A DNA stretch of 64,000 nt from an uncultured Chloroflexia bacterium (GTDB lineage: Bacteria > Chloroflexota > Limnocylindria > Limnocylindrales > CSP1-4). Both the position numbers and the translations under genes were made by a program. The notes beneath the pieces were generated by a model. It made no database searches. It was not told where the DNA came from and worked only from the letters and a program-made list of their open reading frames with translations. Within the stretch, counting starts at the first letter, position 1, and the number at the start of each line of letters is the position of its first letter. Positions 1-8,679 of the stretch are shown one piece after another. The DNA lies in the NCBI GenBank assembly GCA_963749705.1, contig CAVVNQ010000004.1, positions 128,001 through 192,000 on the forward strand, given 5' to 3'.

Positions 1-1
1 C

Positions 2-1363
2 GCCGAGGCCGAGCTGGCCGCCGCGCCCACCGAGCTGGGCGACGGGATCCACGCCACGATCGACGACGCGGTCGCGGCGGCCACCGGCGCGTTCCGCGAG
101 TTCCAGTCCATGGGCCTCGACGGGCGGCGGGTGATCATCGAGGCGATCCGGCAGTCGATGCTCGACCACGCGGAGCAGCTCGCGCGGATGGCCCATCAGG
201 AGACGCACCTCGGGCGGTACGAGGACAAGGTCGTCAAGAACCGCCTGGTGACGATGAAGGCGGCGGGCCCCGAGGACCTCGAGGTCGAGGCGGTGTCCGG
301 CAGCCTGGGCATGATGGTCACGGAGTGGGCGCCGTTCGGTGTCGTGGCCGCGATCACGCCGGTCACCAACCCGACCTCCACGGTGATCAACAACACGATC
401 AGCATCGTGTCCGCCGGCAACGCGGTCGTGTTCAACGCCCACCCCAACGCGAAACGAAGCTCCGCGGAGACGATCCGCCTGATCAACCGCGCGATCGTCG
501 GCGCCGGCGGCCCGTCGGACCTGGTGACCGCGATCGTGGAGCCGACGATCGACAGCGCCCGGGCCCTGATGAGCCACCCCGGCGTCCGGGTGCTGCTGGT
601 CACCGGTGGTCCGGGCGTCGTCCGCGAGGCGCTGCGGACCGACAAGCGGGCGATCACGGCCGGCCCCGGCAACCCGCCCGCGGTGGTCGACCAGACGGCG
701 GACGTCGAGCGCGCGGGCCGCGACATCGTGCGCGGCGCGTCGTTCGACAACAACATCATCTGCACCGACGAGAAGGTCGTGCTGGTCGTGGACTCGGTCG
801 CGGACCGGCTGATCCGCGCGATGACCCACAACGGCGCCTACCTGCTCAAGGAGCACGAGCTCCGACGCCTGGAGCGGGTGATCTTCCGGGAGCTCGGCGA
901 GCCGGGCAAGCCCGGCGTCATCAACCCCGCCTGGATCGGCCGCGACGCCGCGAAGATCCTGGCCGAGATCGGGGTCAGCGTGGAGCCCGAGCCGCGGCTG
1001 CTGATCGCGGAGGTGCCGCGGGATCACAGCCTGGTGTGGACCGAGCAGATGATGCCGGTGCTCCCCGTGGTGCGGGTCGGGACCGTCGACCAGGCGATCG
1101 ACCTCGCCGTCCGAGCCGAGCATGGGTTCCGGCACACCGCGTCGATCCACTCGACCAACGTGGACACGATCACGCGCATGGCCCGGGCCATGAACTGCAG
1201 CATCTTCGTGGCCAACGGACCCAACTTCGCGGGGCTGGGCGAGGGCGGCGAGGGGTTCTCGTCGTTCTCCATCGCCTCCCCCACCGGCGACGGCCTGACC
1301 CGGCCGCGGACCTTCTCGCGCGAGCGGCGGATCACCGTCGTCGGCGCGCTCCGGATCGTCTGA
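2..1363 (+). CDS. BMC-associated acylating aldehyde dehydrogenase (EutE/PduP-like), 5'-truncated by window edge
   Basis: Frame is open from base 2. Motifs PFGVVAAITPVTNP, TGGPGVV, AGPGNPP, catalytic FDNNIIC and C-terminal SFSIASPTGDG. Adjacent to shell genes. Confidence 0.9.
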   Translation, partial: AEAELAAAPTELGDGIHATIDDAVAAATGAFREFQSMGLDGRRVIIEAIRQSMLDHAEQLARMAHQETHLGRYEDKVVKNRLVTMKAAGPEDLEVEAVSGSLGMMVTEWAPFGVVAAITPVTNPTSTVINNTISIVSAGNAVVFNAHPNAKRSSAETIRLINRAIVGAGGPSDLVTAIVEPTIDSARALMSHPGVRVLLVTGGPGVVREALRTDKRAITAGPGNPPAVVDQTADVERAGRDIVRGASFDNNIICTDEKVVLVVDSVADRLIRAMTHNGAYLLKEHELRRLERVIFRELGEPGKPGVINPAWIGRDAAKILAEIGVSVEPEPRLLIAEVPRDHSLVWTEQMMPVLPVVRVGTVDQAIDLAVRAEHGFRHTASIHSTNVDTITRMARAMNCSIFVANGPNFAGLGEGGEGFSSFSIASPTGDGLTRPRTFSRERRITVVGALRIV

Positions 1364-1365
1364 CC

Positions 1366-1956
1366 ATGCAGCCGGCCATCGCCCTGCTCGAGCTCGACTC
1401 GATCGCCGTCGGGATCGAGACCGGCGATGCGATGGCCAAGCGCTCCCCCATCGACGTCATCTACGCCGGGACCGTCCACCCCGGCAAGTACCTGGTGCTC
1501 GTGGGCGGGGCGGTCGCGGACGTCGAGGAGGCGCTCGAGGCCGGGCGCGCCGTCGGCGGACCATCGATCCTCGACGTCGTCCTGCTCCCGGACGTCCATC
1601 CCCAGGTGGTGGCCGCGATCCGCGGCACCCGGCGAGCATCTTCGGGCGAGGCACTGGGGATCATCGAGACCCAGACGGTGGCCGCGATCATCGATGCGGC
1701 CGACGCCGGGGTGAAGGGCGCGCGGGTCCGGCTGCTCGAGCTTCGCCTCGCCGACGGCATCGGCGGCAAGGCGTACCTGCTGTTCGGCGGCGGCGTAGCC
1801 GATGTCGAGGCGGCGGTCGAGCTTGGCCGCGACCGGATCGGCGCCGCCGCGCGCTCGATCTCCCGCGTGATCCCCCAGCTCCATGGCGAGATGCGCGTCA
1901 ACCTCGAGGCCGACTCCCGGTTCCGCGACCGGATTGCCGCTCGAGAGGACGCCTGA
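1366..1956 (+). CDS. BMC-T tandem-domain shell protein (PduT-like)
   Basis: ATG at 1366. Two BMC domains: AIALLELDSIAVG..HPGKYLVLVGG and ALGIIETQTVAAIIDAADAGVK..GIGGKAY. Confidence 0.85.
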   Translation: MQPAIALLELDSIAVGIETGDAMAKRSPIDVIYAGTVHPGKYLVLVGGAVADVEEALEAGRAVGGPSILDVVLLPDVHPQVVAAIRGTRRASSGEALGIIETQTVAAIIDAADAGVKGARVRLLELRLADGIGGKAYLLFGGGVADVEAAVELGRDRIGAAARSISRVIPQLHGEMRVNLEADSRFRDRIAAREDA

Positions 1957-1957
1957 G

Positions 1958-2338
1958 ATGCAGCTCGCGCGGGTCATCGGCACCGTCGTGGCGACGATCA
2001 AGTCGCCCGGGCTCGAGGGCGTCCCGCTGCTGATCGTGCAGCCGCTCGACCGGCGGCAGCAGGCCGAGGGGACGCCGGTCGTCGCCGCGGACGCGGTCCG
2101 GATGGCCGGACCCGGCGAGCTCGTGTACATCGTCGCCGCCCGCGAGGCGTCGCTCGCCCTGGACGAGCCGTTCGTACCGGTCGACCATGCGATCGTGGGC
2201 ATCGTGGACGCGGTCGCCACCGATGGGGAGCGCGACCCACGCGGAACCGGCGAACCACGCGGAGCGGGGGCGCCATCCGCCGGCCATCCCGCGACGCGCC
2301 GGAAGCGGGCGCCGTCACGCGGAAGGGGCACGCCATGA
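1958..2338 (+). CDS. EutN/CcmL-family BMC vertex pentamer with basic C-terminal tail
   Basis: MQLARVIGTVVATIK..LLIVQPL..AADAV..AGPGELV..VDHAIVGIVD. Confidence 0.9.
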   Translation: MQLARVIGTVVATIKSPGLEGVPLLIVQPLDRRQQAEGTPVVAADAVRMAGPGELVYIVAAREASLALDEPFVPVDHAIVGIVDAVATDGERDPRGTGEPRGAGAPSAGHPATRRKRAPSRGRGTP

Positions 2339-2682
2339 AGCTCGCGCGGGTGGTCGCCACGGTCACCTCGACGATCAACGTGCCGCTGTTCGACGGCCGC
2401 AAGCTGCTGCTGTGCGACCTGCTCGATCCTGAGGGCGCCGACGCGGGCGGGTACCTGATCGCCGTCGACACCGTGGGTGCCGGCCCGGGCGAGACGGTGC
2501 TGCTCATGGACGAAGGGAACTCCGCGCGCCAGATCCTGGACGCGCGGGACGCGCCGGTCCGCACGCTGGTGGTGGGGATCGTCGACGCGGTGGAGCTCGC
2601 GAAGCCGGTGGGCGATGCGTCGACGGTGGCGCGGCGCACGCCCAACCGCGCTCGACCCGCACGCCGCCGCGCGGCCGAATGA
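2335..2682 (+). CDS. Second EutN/CcmL-family BMC vertex pentamer
   Basis: MKLARVVATVTST..IAVDTVGAGPGETVLL..VVGIVD. ATGA overlap with the previous gene. Confidence 0.9.
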   Translation: MKLARVVATVTSTINVPLFDGRKLLLCDLLDPEGADAGGYLIAVDTVGAGPGETVLLMDEGNSARQILDARDAPVRTLVVGIVDAVELAKPVGDASTVARRTPNRARPARRRAAE

Positions 2683-3119
2683 CCCCGGACGACGGGGTCC
2701 CCCGGCGCGTCCGCCTTGCCGCCTACGCGTGGATCGAGGACGACGGGCGGGTGGTCCTGGTCCGTGTCGCCGCCGGGTCGCCGGGAGCCGGCGAGTGGAC
2801 GCTGCCCGGGGGCGGGCTCCGGTTCGGGGAGGACCCGGTCGACGGCGTCGTCCGCGAGGTGGCCGAGGAGACCGGCCTGACGGTCAGGGTCGGCAGCCTC
2901 GTCGCGGTCCGATCGACCGTGCTCGAGCCCGGGGAGACGCCGAGCGGCGACCGAATCCACGCGGTCGGGCTCGTGTACCGGGCGAGCGCCGACGACGGCG
3001 AGCTTCGCCACGAGGCTGACGGATCCACCGACATGGCGGCGTGGATCTCGTTCGACGAGCTCGATGCGCTCGCGTCGGCGCGGCTGCTGCGCTGGGCGCG
3101 GAGCGTGGTTGGTCGATGA
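2679..3119 (+). CDS. Nudix hydrolase
   Basis: Complete Nudix box GGLRFGEDPVDGVVREVAEETGL. ATGA overlap. Confidence 0.9.
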   Translation: MTPDDGVPRRVRLAAYAWIEDDGRVVLVRVAAGSPGAGEWTLPGGGLRFGEDPVDGVVREVAEETGLTVRVGSLVAVRSTVLEPGETPSGDRIHAVGLVYRASADDGELRHEADGSTDMAAWISFDELDALASARLLRWARSVVGR

Positions 3120-5011
3120 CCCGAACGACGCCCCCCTCCGCGCGCTACCCTGCCGCCATGTCGAACCTTCCGTTGTGGGAGCGCCGTTTCCGCGCGCCCG
3201 TCCTGTCCTTTCCGTCATGGTCAGCGGAGGCGCCGGACAGGATCGTGGTCGCCTCCACCGAGAGCGGGAGCTACCAGCTCCACACCTGGGACCGGGCCAC
3301 CGGCCGTCGCCGGCAGGTCACCCGGGACCCCGTCGGGGTCACCGAGGGCCGGCCGACCCGCGATGGCACGGGGGTGATCTGGTTCCGCGACGACACGGGA
3401 GATGAGACAGGTACCTTCGTGATCGCCCCGTTCGACGAGGACGTCGCGCCCGAGCCGTTGATCGAAGGGTTGCCCAGGGGCTGGTCCGAGGGCCTCGCGA
3501 TCGGCCGGACGCGCTCGGTCGCCGTGGTCAGCTCGATCGACGGGTTCTCGGTGTGGACCGCGGCCAACGGCTCGGCTGCGCGCCGGATCCACGCCCACCG
3601 GCAGCCGGTCCGGCTGGCCGGAGGCTGGGGCGTGATCGCGTCGGTGGACCGCAACGCCCTGTCGGCCGACGACGCGGTCGTCGTGCTCGAGATCATGGAG
3701 GACGGCGACGTCCTGCACCCGTCGCTGCGGGCGATCGACGCCGACACCGGCGAGACCGTCCGCGACCTGCGGGATCCGGGGCTCGAGCTCGCGGGGTTCG
3801 GCTTCTCGCCCGTGCCCGGCGACCGCCGCATCGCGATCACGCACGAGCGGACCGGCGATCGGCGGCCGGCCCTGTGGGACACGGACAGCGGTGAGGTCAT
3901 CGACCTCGACATCGACCTCGAGGGGCCGGTGGAGCCGGTCGGCTGGTGGCCGGATGGCTCGGCGCTCCTCCTGCAGCAGCTCGTCGAGGGCCGCCACCGC
4001 CTCCATCGCTACGACCTGGCCGGCGGACGCGTCGAGGCCCTCGACACGGTGCTGGGCTCGATCACCGCCGCGGCCGTCCGGCCCGACGGCTCCGTGTGGT
4101 ATCGCGTCCATGCCGGCGAGCATCCGGCGATGCTCCTGGCGGTGGGCTCGCCGACGCCGCTCCTGGTCGCCGATGGAGCCCCGGCGCCGGCGGGCCGGCC
4201 GTTCGAATCCTGGTGGTTCGCCAATCCCGACGGGCAGCAAGTGCACGGCTTCCTCGTCCACCCCGAGGGGCCCGGGCCGCACCCCGTGATGATGCGCGTG
4301 CACGGTGGCCCGCAATCCACCGACATGGACCGGTGGGCGCCCGACATCCAGGCACACGTGGACGCCGGCTTCCTGGTCGCGATGGTCAACTACCGTGGAT
4401 CCGAGGGGTTCGGCCGGCAATGGCGCGATGCGCTCACCGGCAACGTCGGCTTCCTCGAGCTCGAGGACGTCCTTGCCGGGCTCGACGACCTCGTCGCCCG
4501 GGGCCTCGCGGACCCGTCTCGAGCGGTGCTCGCCGGCTGGTCATGGGGCGGGTACATCACGCTGCTGGGCATGGGCCGCCACCCTGGGCGCTGGGTCGCC
4601 GGCATCGGCGGCGTGCCCGTGGCCGACTACATCGCGGCCTACGAGGACGAGGCTCCCACCCTGCAGGCGCTCGACCGTGCGCTGTTCGGCGGGTCGCCCG
4701 AGACGGTGCCGGACCTGTTCGTGGAGCGCAACCCGATCACGTACGCCGACGATGTCCGCGCACCGCTGCTGATCCTCGCCGGCGAGAACGACAGCCGCTG
4801 CCCGATCCGCCAGGTGTGGAACTACGTCGAGCGGCTGCGCGCGCGTGGCGTCGAGCCGCAGGTGTACACGTACGCGACGGGACATGCGTCGTACGACATC
4901 GAGGAACGGGTCCGCCAGACGCGGATCGTGCTCGAGTTCCTGGCCAGGACCGTGCCGGGCGTGCGGCGGCTCGACGGGCTGGACGCTCCGCTGGAGGCGG
5001 CGCCGGCGTAG
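3116..5011 (+). CDS. S9 (prolyl oligopeptidase/acylaminoacyl peptidase) family serine peptidase
   Basis: VHGGP, NYRGSEGFG, nucleophile GWSWGG, GENDSRC and GH triad residues. Start is 3116 (ATGA overlap) or 3158. Confidence 0.88.
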   Translation: MTRTTPPSARYPAAMSNLPLWERRFRAPVLSFPSWSAEAPDRIVVASTESGSYQLHTWDRATGRRRQVTRDPVGVTEGRPTRDGTGVIWFRDDTGDETGTFVIAPFDEDVAPEPLIEGLPRGWSEGLAIGRTRSVAVVSSIDGFSVWTAANGSAARRIHAHRQPVRLAGGWGVIASVDRNALSADDAVVVLEIMEDGDVLHPSLRAIDADTGETVRDLRDPGLELAGFGFSPVPGDRRIAITHERTGDRRPALWDTDSGEVIDLDIDLEGPVEPVGWWPDGSALLLQQLVEGRHRLHRYDLAGGRVEALDTVLGSITAAAVRPDGSVWYRVHAGEHPAMLLAVGSPTPLLVADGAPAPAGRPFESWWFANPDGQQVHGFLVHPEGPGPHPVMMRVHGGPQSTDMDRWAPDIQAHVDAGFLVAMVNYRGSEGFGRQWRDALTGNVGFLELEDVLAGLDDLVARGLADPSRAVLAGWSWGGYITLLGMGRHPGRWVAGIGGVPVADYIAAYEDEAPTLQALDRALFGGSPETVPDLFVERNPITYADDVRAPLLILAGENDSRCPIRQVWNYVERLRARGVEPQVYTYATGHASYDIEERVRQTRIVLEFLARTVPGVRRLDGLDAPLEAAPA

Positions 5012-5211
5012 CGGGCCGCCGTATGCCCACCACGTTTAGCGAGCGCCAGAACCCGGCCGATCGGGCACGCGAGCACCGGGAACGACCCCACGACCCGTTC
5101 GCGACACGCTCACGGCGCTCGATTCGGCGGCACAGGAGTCCTTCGGGCGCCGCATTTCCGGCCCGGTAAGCGTGGTACGCATGCGAGGGGCAGCCACCAA
5201 GCCGCCGCGCC

Positions 5212-6315
5212 TCAGTCGAACCGGAACCGGCCCTCGCGGCCGAGGCAGGGCTGTCCGCGCCCGTACCTGATCTCGCCCGCGGTGACGTCGGCGACACACC
5301 AGAACGCGGTGGTCGAGGTCTCCGCACCGTCGTCGTGGCGACAGATCGATGGCGTCGACGCGTGATCGGACAGGGCCGCGAGCAACGTGTCCGCCGTGAT
5401 TGAACCCGCAGCCGGCCCTTCGCGGTCCGGGCCATCCAGCAGCTCCAGGGCGCGCCCCAGCCGAACCGCGGAGCGGCGCGCGTACGCCGGATCACCCTCA
5501 TAGCGAAGCATCGGCTCGCACGCGTAGTGGTTCGTGTGTGCGAACGTCCCGCCGCGGGTCAACCCGCCCAGCTCGGCATCGGTGGCCGATCCCTCGACGT
5601 TGACGACGCGCCCGTCGCGGTGCGCGAGCACGGTGTTGTACGAGGACGCACGGTCGGGCCGCAGCGTCATCCGCACGGCCTCGTCGAGCGAGGTCGCGGT
5701 GAGCTGCTCGCGGACCATCAGCAGGCGCGGGACCCCGACCCGCTCATCGTTGGGTGACAGCTCGTTGCCGGTCAGCGACAGGCCGGCCGCGTTCCAGCCG
5801 ACGCTGATCCAGGGGCCGATCCCGAGCGAGAACACGACCGGCTCCCCGGGCACCCGCCACTCGATGGCGATGATCGAATCCTCCGAGGCCGGGGCCAGGT
5901 CGTTGTTGTGCGCGATCAACACGTGGCCGTCGGCGGTCGCCGGGGGCCCCGCAACCAGGTCCGTGCAGCGGCCGTCCACGACCGCACCCGCGGTCGCCTG
6001 CGACGGACGGATCGACCAGATCTCCTCGATCGAGGCGGCGAACAGGGCGATCGGATCGACTCGCGCGCCGTCCGCAGCGCCGTCGATCTCGTCCACCAGC
6101 CATGGCGTCGCGCGGAGCGTCGCATCGCGGTACGCCGTCGCGAGCGCGAGCTGCTGGTCACGGGTCCGGCCGGCCGGTAGCTCGTCGTCGAAGGCGACCG
6201 CCTGCCGGAGGACCTCGGCGGTCGCCTCGCCGACCTGGCGGCCGACATCGCGATGCGATCCGCGCACGCTAAGGAACGGGATGCCCGGGCTCATGAACGG
6301 GATGCCCGGGCTCAT
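5212..6315 (-). CDS. C45-family Ntn-hydrolase (isopenicillin-N N-acyltransferase-like)
   Basis: GRCT nucleophile site, GHVLIAHNND, GWNAAGL and HTNHY motifs. Start is 6315 or 6294 (duplicated). Confidence 0.8.
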   Translation of the reverse strand: MSPGIPFMSPGIPFLSVRGSHRDVGRQVGEATAEVLRQAVAFDDELPAGRTRDQQLALATAYRDATLRATPWLVDEIDGAADGARVDPIALFAASIEEIWSIRPSQATAGAVVDGRCTDLVAGPPATADGHVLIAHNNDLAPASEDSIIAIEWRVPGEPVVFSLGIGPWISVGWNAAGLSLTGNELSPNDERVGVPRLLMVREQLTATSLDEAVRMTLRPDRASSYNTVLAHRDGRVVNVEGSATDAELGGLTRGGTFAHTNHYACEPMLRYEGDPAYARRSAVRLGRALELLDGPDREGPAAGSITADTLLAALSDHASTPSICRHDDGAETSTTAFWCVADVTAGEIRYGRGQPCLGREGRFRFD

Positions 6316-6322
6316 GAACGGG
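6274..6322. repeat. 21-bp tandem repeat (2 exact copies plus a partial copy) duplicating the start codon
   Basis: gaacgggatgcccgggctcat at 6274 and 6295. Encodes MSPGIPF twice on the minus strand. Confidence 0.9.
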
Positions 6323-6449
6323 TGCCCGGCTTGGCGCCGGTCGGCTGGATGGTCATTGGATCGCGACTGTACGCCGGTCGCCGGCCGGCCGCACCCGCGA
6401 ACGGGGTCGCCCGGCCGTTCTGACCCGCCGGCGCCGAGCCAGACCGCCG

Positions 6450-8576
6450 TCAGGCGCCCGCGCGGTTCCTCGGCGCGGGCGGCAGGCGCCGCGCACCGTG
6501 GACCAGGAAGTGGACGAACCAGTCGCGGACCTGGACCAGGTTCTCGGCGCGGCGGAACGGCACCCCGCCGCGGGTCAGCTCGTGGGACTCCTCCGGGACG
6601 CGCATGAAGCGCACCGGCCGCCGCAGCGAGCGCAGGACGGTGAACAGGGCCTCGGCCTGGCCGATGGTCGTCCGGATGTCGCGCTCCGAGTGCTGGATCA
6701 GCAGCGGCGTGTGGATGTCGGGAGCCCGCGAGATCGGCGAGATCGAATCGAAGTACGCAGGGTCGTCCCATGGCCGGCGACCGAACTCGGTCCACGCCCA
6801 CTCGGCGTTCGAGATGTCGCCGGTCAGGAACAGCATCCGCATGTCCGCGACCGAGCGGCAGGTGACCGCGGCACGGAAGCGGTTGGTCCGGCCCACGATC
6901 CAGTTCGTGAGGTAGCCGCCGTAGGAGCCGCCCGTGATGCCCAGGCGATCCGGGTCGGCGAGGCCGTCGGCGATCGCCTGGTCGACGCCGGCGAGCACGT
7001 CCGCCATCGGGCCATCGCCCCAGTCGCCGAGGTTCGCGCGGTTGAAGGCCTCGCCGTATCCCTCCGACCCGCGCGGGTTGGCGGCGAGCACCGAGACGCC
7101 GGCACCCGCGAGGATCTGCCACTCGAGGGTCGGCGCCCAGCCGTAGAGCGTGTGGGGACCGCCGTGGATCTCGAGTGCGAGAGGCTGCCGGCCCGCTCCG
7201 GCGGGCAGCAGCCAGCCCTGGATCTCGCGTCCGTCGCTCGTCCAGCGGCGCTCGACCGGGGCGACCCAGTCGATCTCCCCCGCGAGCACGGTGTTGAGGT
7301 TGCTCAGCGGCCGCGCACCGGCCGCGTGACCGCCGCCATGCAGGTCGTAGACGACGACCTCGGGGAACGACACGGCCGTCGACCGCACGGCGACGATCGC
7401 GTCGCGGCCGGCGACCCGGCCATGATCCCAGCCCGACAGGTAGTGGTGATCCGTGGTCAGGCGCTCGGGTGCGGAACCACCGCCCACCGGGACGCGCCAT
7501 GCCTCGACGCTGCCCTCGATCGGCGCCGTGAACAGGACGTGCTCGCCATCGGCCGAGACGGCAAGCCGCGAGCGTTCACCCATCGCGACGTCGCTGTTCA
7601 TCCCGGCATCGGGCTTGAGCTCGCTCGTCGCCAGCAGGTCCTCGCCGCCGTTTCGGCCGGCATCCGCACCGTCGGCGGCGAACCGCCAGATCCCGGTCCG
7701 GTACTCGCCCCGCGGGAACCGGTCACCGAGCGCGACGATCGCCGACCCGTCGGGCAGCCATGCCGGCTCCCGGAACAGCGGGTCCGGGCCCCCGGCGATG
7801 GTGGTGACGGTCCCGGTGGCGACGTCGACCGCGTAGATCCCCGATCGGGACTCGACGTCCGGGTGCCGGCCGCGGTTGGCCGCGAACGCGATCCTGCTCC
7901 CATCGGGCGACCACGCCGGCGATTCGACCGACGTGCCTCCGACGACGAGCGGGCGTGCCGCTCCCGTTGCCACGTCGACCAGCCACAGGTGCGCGATGCG
8001 ATCGTCGACGAAACCGACCCCGTTGGCCATGTAGTGGAGGCGGTCGATGTACCGGAAGTCGGACCGCGGCACGGCCCCCGGCGCGGGCTTGGGTGGCCGG
8101 CGCCGACGCCGCTTCTCCTCGTCCATCGTCGCCCCGACCGAGTAGGTCAGGACCGCGATCATCCGGCCATCGGGCGACCACGAGAGCGCCTCGACACCGC
8201 GCGGCAGGTCCGTGAGCCGATGGGCCTCGCCGCCGTCGAGCGGGAGCAGGTGGACCTGGAAGCAGTCGTCTCGATCCCTCGGGTCCTTCGGTCGGCCCGG
8301 CTCATCTTCGGCGAACAGTCGCCGGTCGCTGACGAAGGCCAGCGTGGTCCCGTCGGGCGAGAAGCGCGCCTGGCTGTCGTTCCGGGCGCCGATCGTGAGC
8401 CGGCGAGCGTCGCCCGAGCCGTCGGCCGGGGCCGCCCAGATCGCCGACCGATACGCGTCACTGCCGGGCGCCGTCGTCCTGACGCTGAATGCGACCATCC
8501 GGCCGTCGGGCGACAGCCTGGGGTCGAATGGAATGCGGAGGCGGTACAGGTCCTCCGGGCGTGCGGGTCTGGGCAC
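6450..8576 (-). CDS. S9-family peptidase with beta-propeller (acylaminoacyl-peptidase-like)
   Basis: PD40-like SPDG repeats, IHGGP, NPRGSEGYG, GGSYGG, SERD and ESH. Confidence 0.9.
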   Translation of the reverse strand: MPRPARPEDLYRLRIPFDPRLSPDGRMVAFSVRTTAPGSDAYRSAIWAAPADGSGDARRLTIGARNDSQARFSPDGTTLAFVSDRRLFAEDEPGRPKDPRDRDDCFQVHLLPLDGGEAHRLTDLPRGVEALSWSPDGRMIAVLTYSVGATMDEEKRRRRRPPKPAPGAVPRSDFRYIDRLHYMANGVGFVDDRIAHLWLVDVATGAARPLVVGGTSVESPAWSPDGSRIAFAANRGRHPDVESRSGIYAVDVATGTVTTIAGGPDPLFREPAWLPDGSAIVALGDRFPRGEYRTGIWRFAADGADAGRNGGEDLLATSELKPDAGMNSDVAMGERSRLAVSADGEHVLFTAPIEGSVEAWRVPVGGGSAPERLTTDHHYLSGWDHGRVAGRDAIVAVRSTAVSFPEVVVYDLHGGGHAAGARPLSNLNTVLAGEIDWVAPVERRWTSDGREIQGWLLPAGAGRQPLALEIHGGPHTLYGWAPTLEWQILAGAGVSVLAANPRGSEGYGEAFNRANLGDWGDGPMADVLAGVDQAIADGLADPDRLGITGGSYGGYLTNWIVGRTNRFRAAVTCRSVADMRMLFLTGDISNAEWAWTEFGRRPWDDPAYFDSISPISRAPDIHTPLLIQHSERDIRTTIGQAEALFTVLRSLRRPVRFMRVPEESHELTRGGVPFRRAENLVQVRDWFVHFLVHGARRLPPAPRNRAGA

Positions 8577-8679
8577 GGGCCCCTCCGGGTGGGCGGGCGG
8601 CCGGCCCGCAGCGGGCGCCAGGGTGCGCCGGGGATTGCCGGCAGTCTAGCGCGGAGGGACGGGCTACCATCGGGGCTCG

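Noticed and set aside
325-1365. Long N-terminal extension on the BMC-T protein
   Set aside because: Off-frame overlap with the aldehyde dehydrogenase. The ATG at 1366 fits the domain start.
5012-5211. ncRNA in the gap between convergent peptidase genes
   Set aside because: No recognisable RNA family motif or convincing long stem by eye.
5212-7500. 762-aa version of the C45 hydrolase
   Set aside because: The upstream part overlaps the S9 peptidase out of frame. The real start is at 6315 or 6294.
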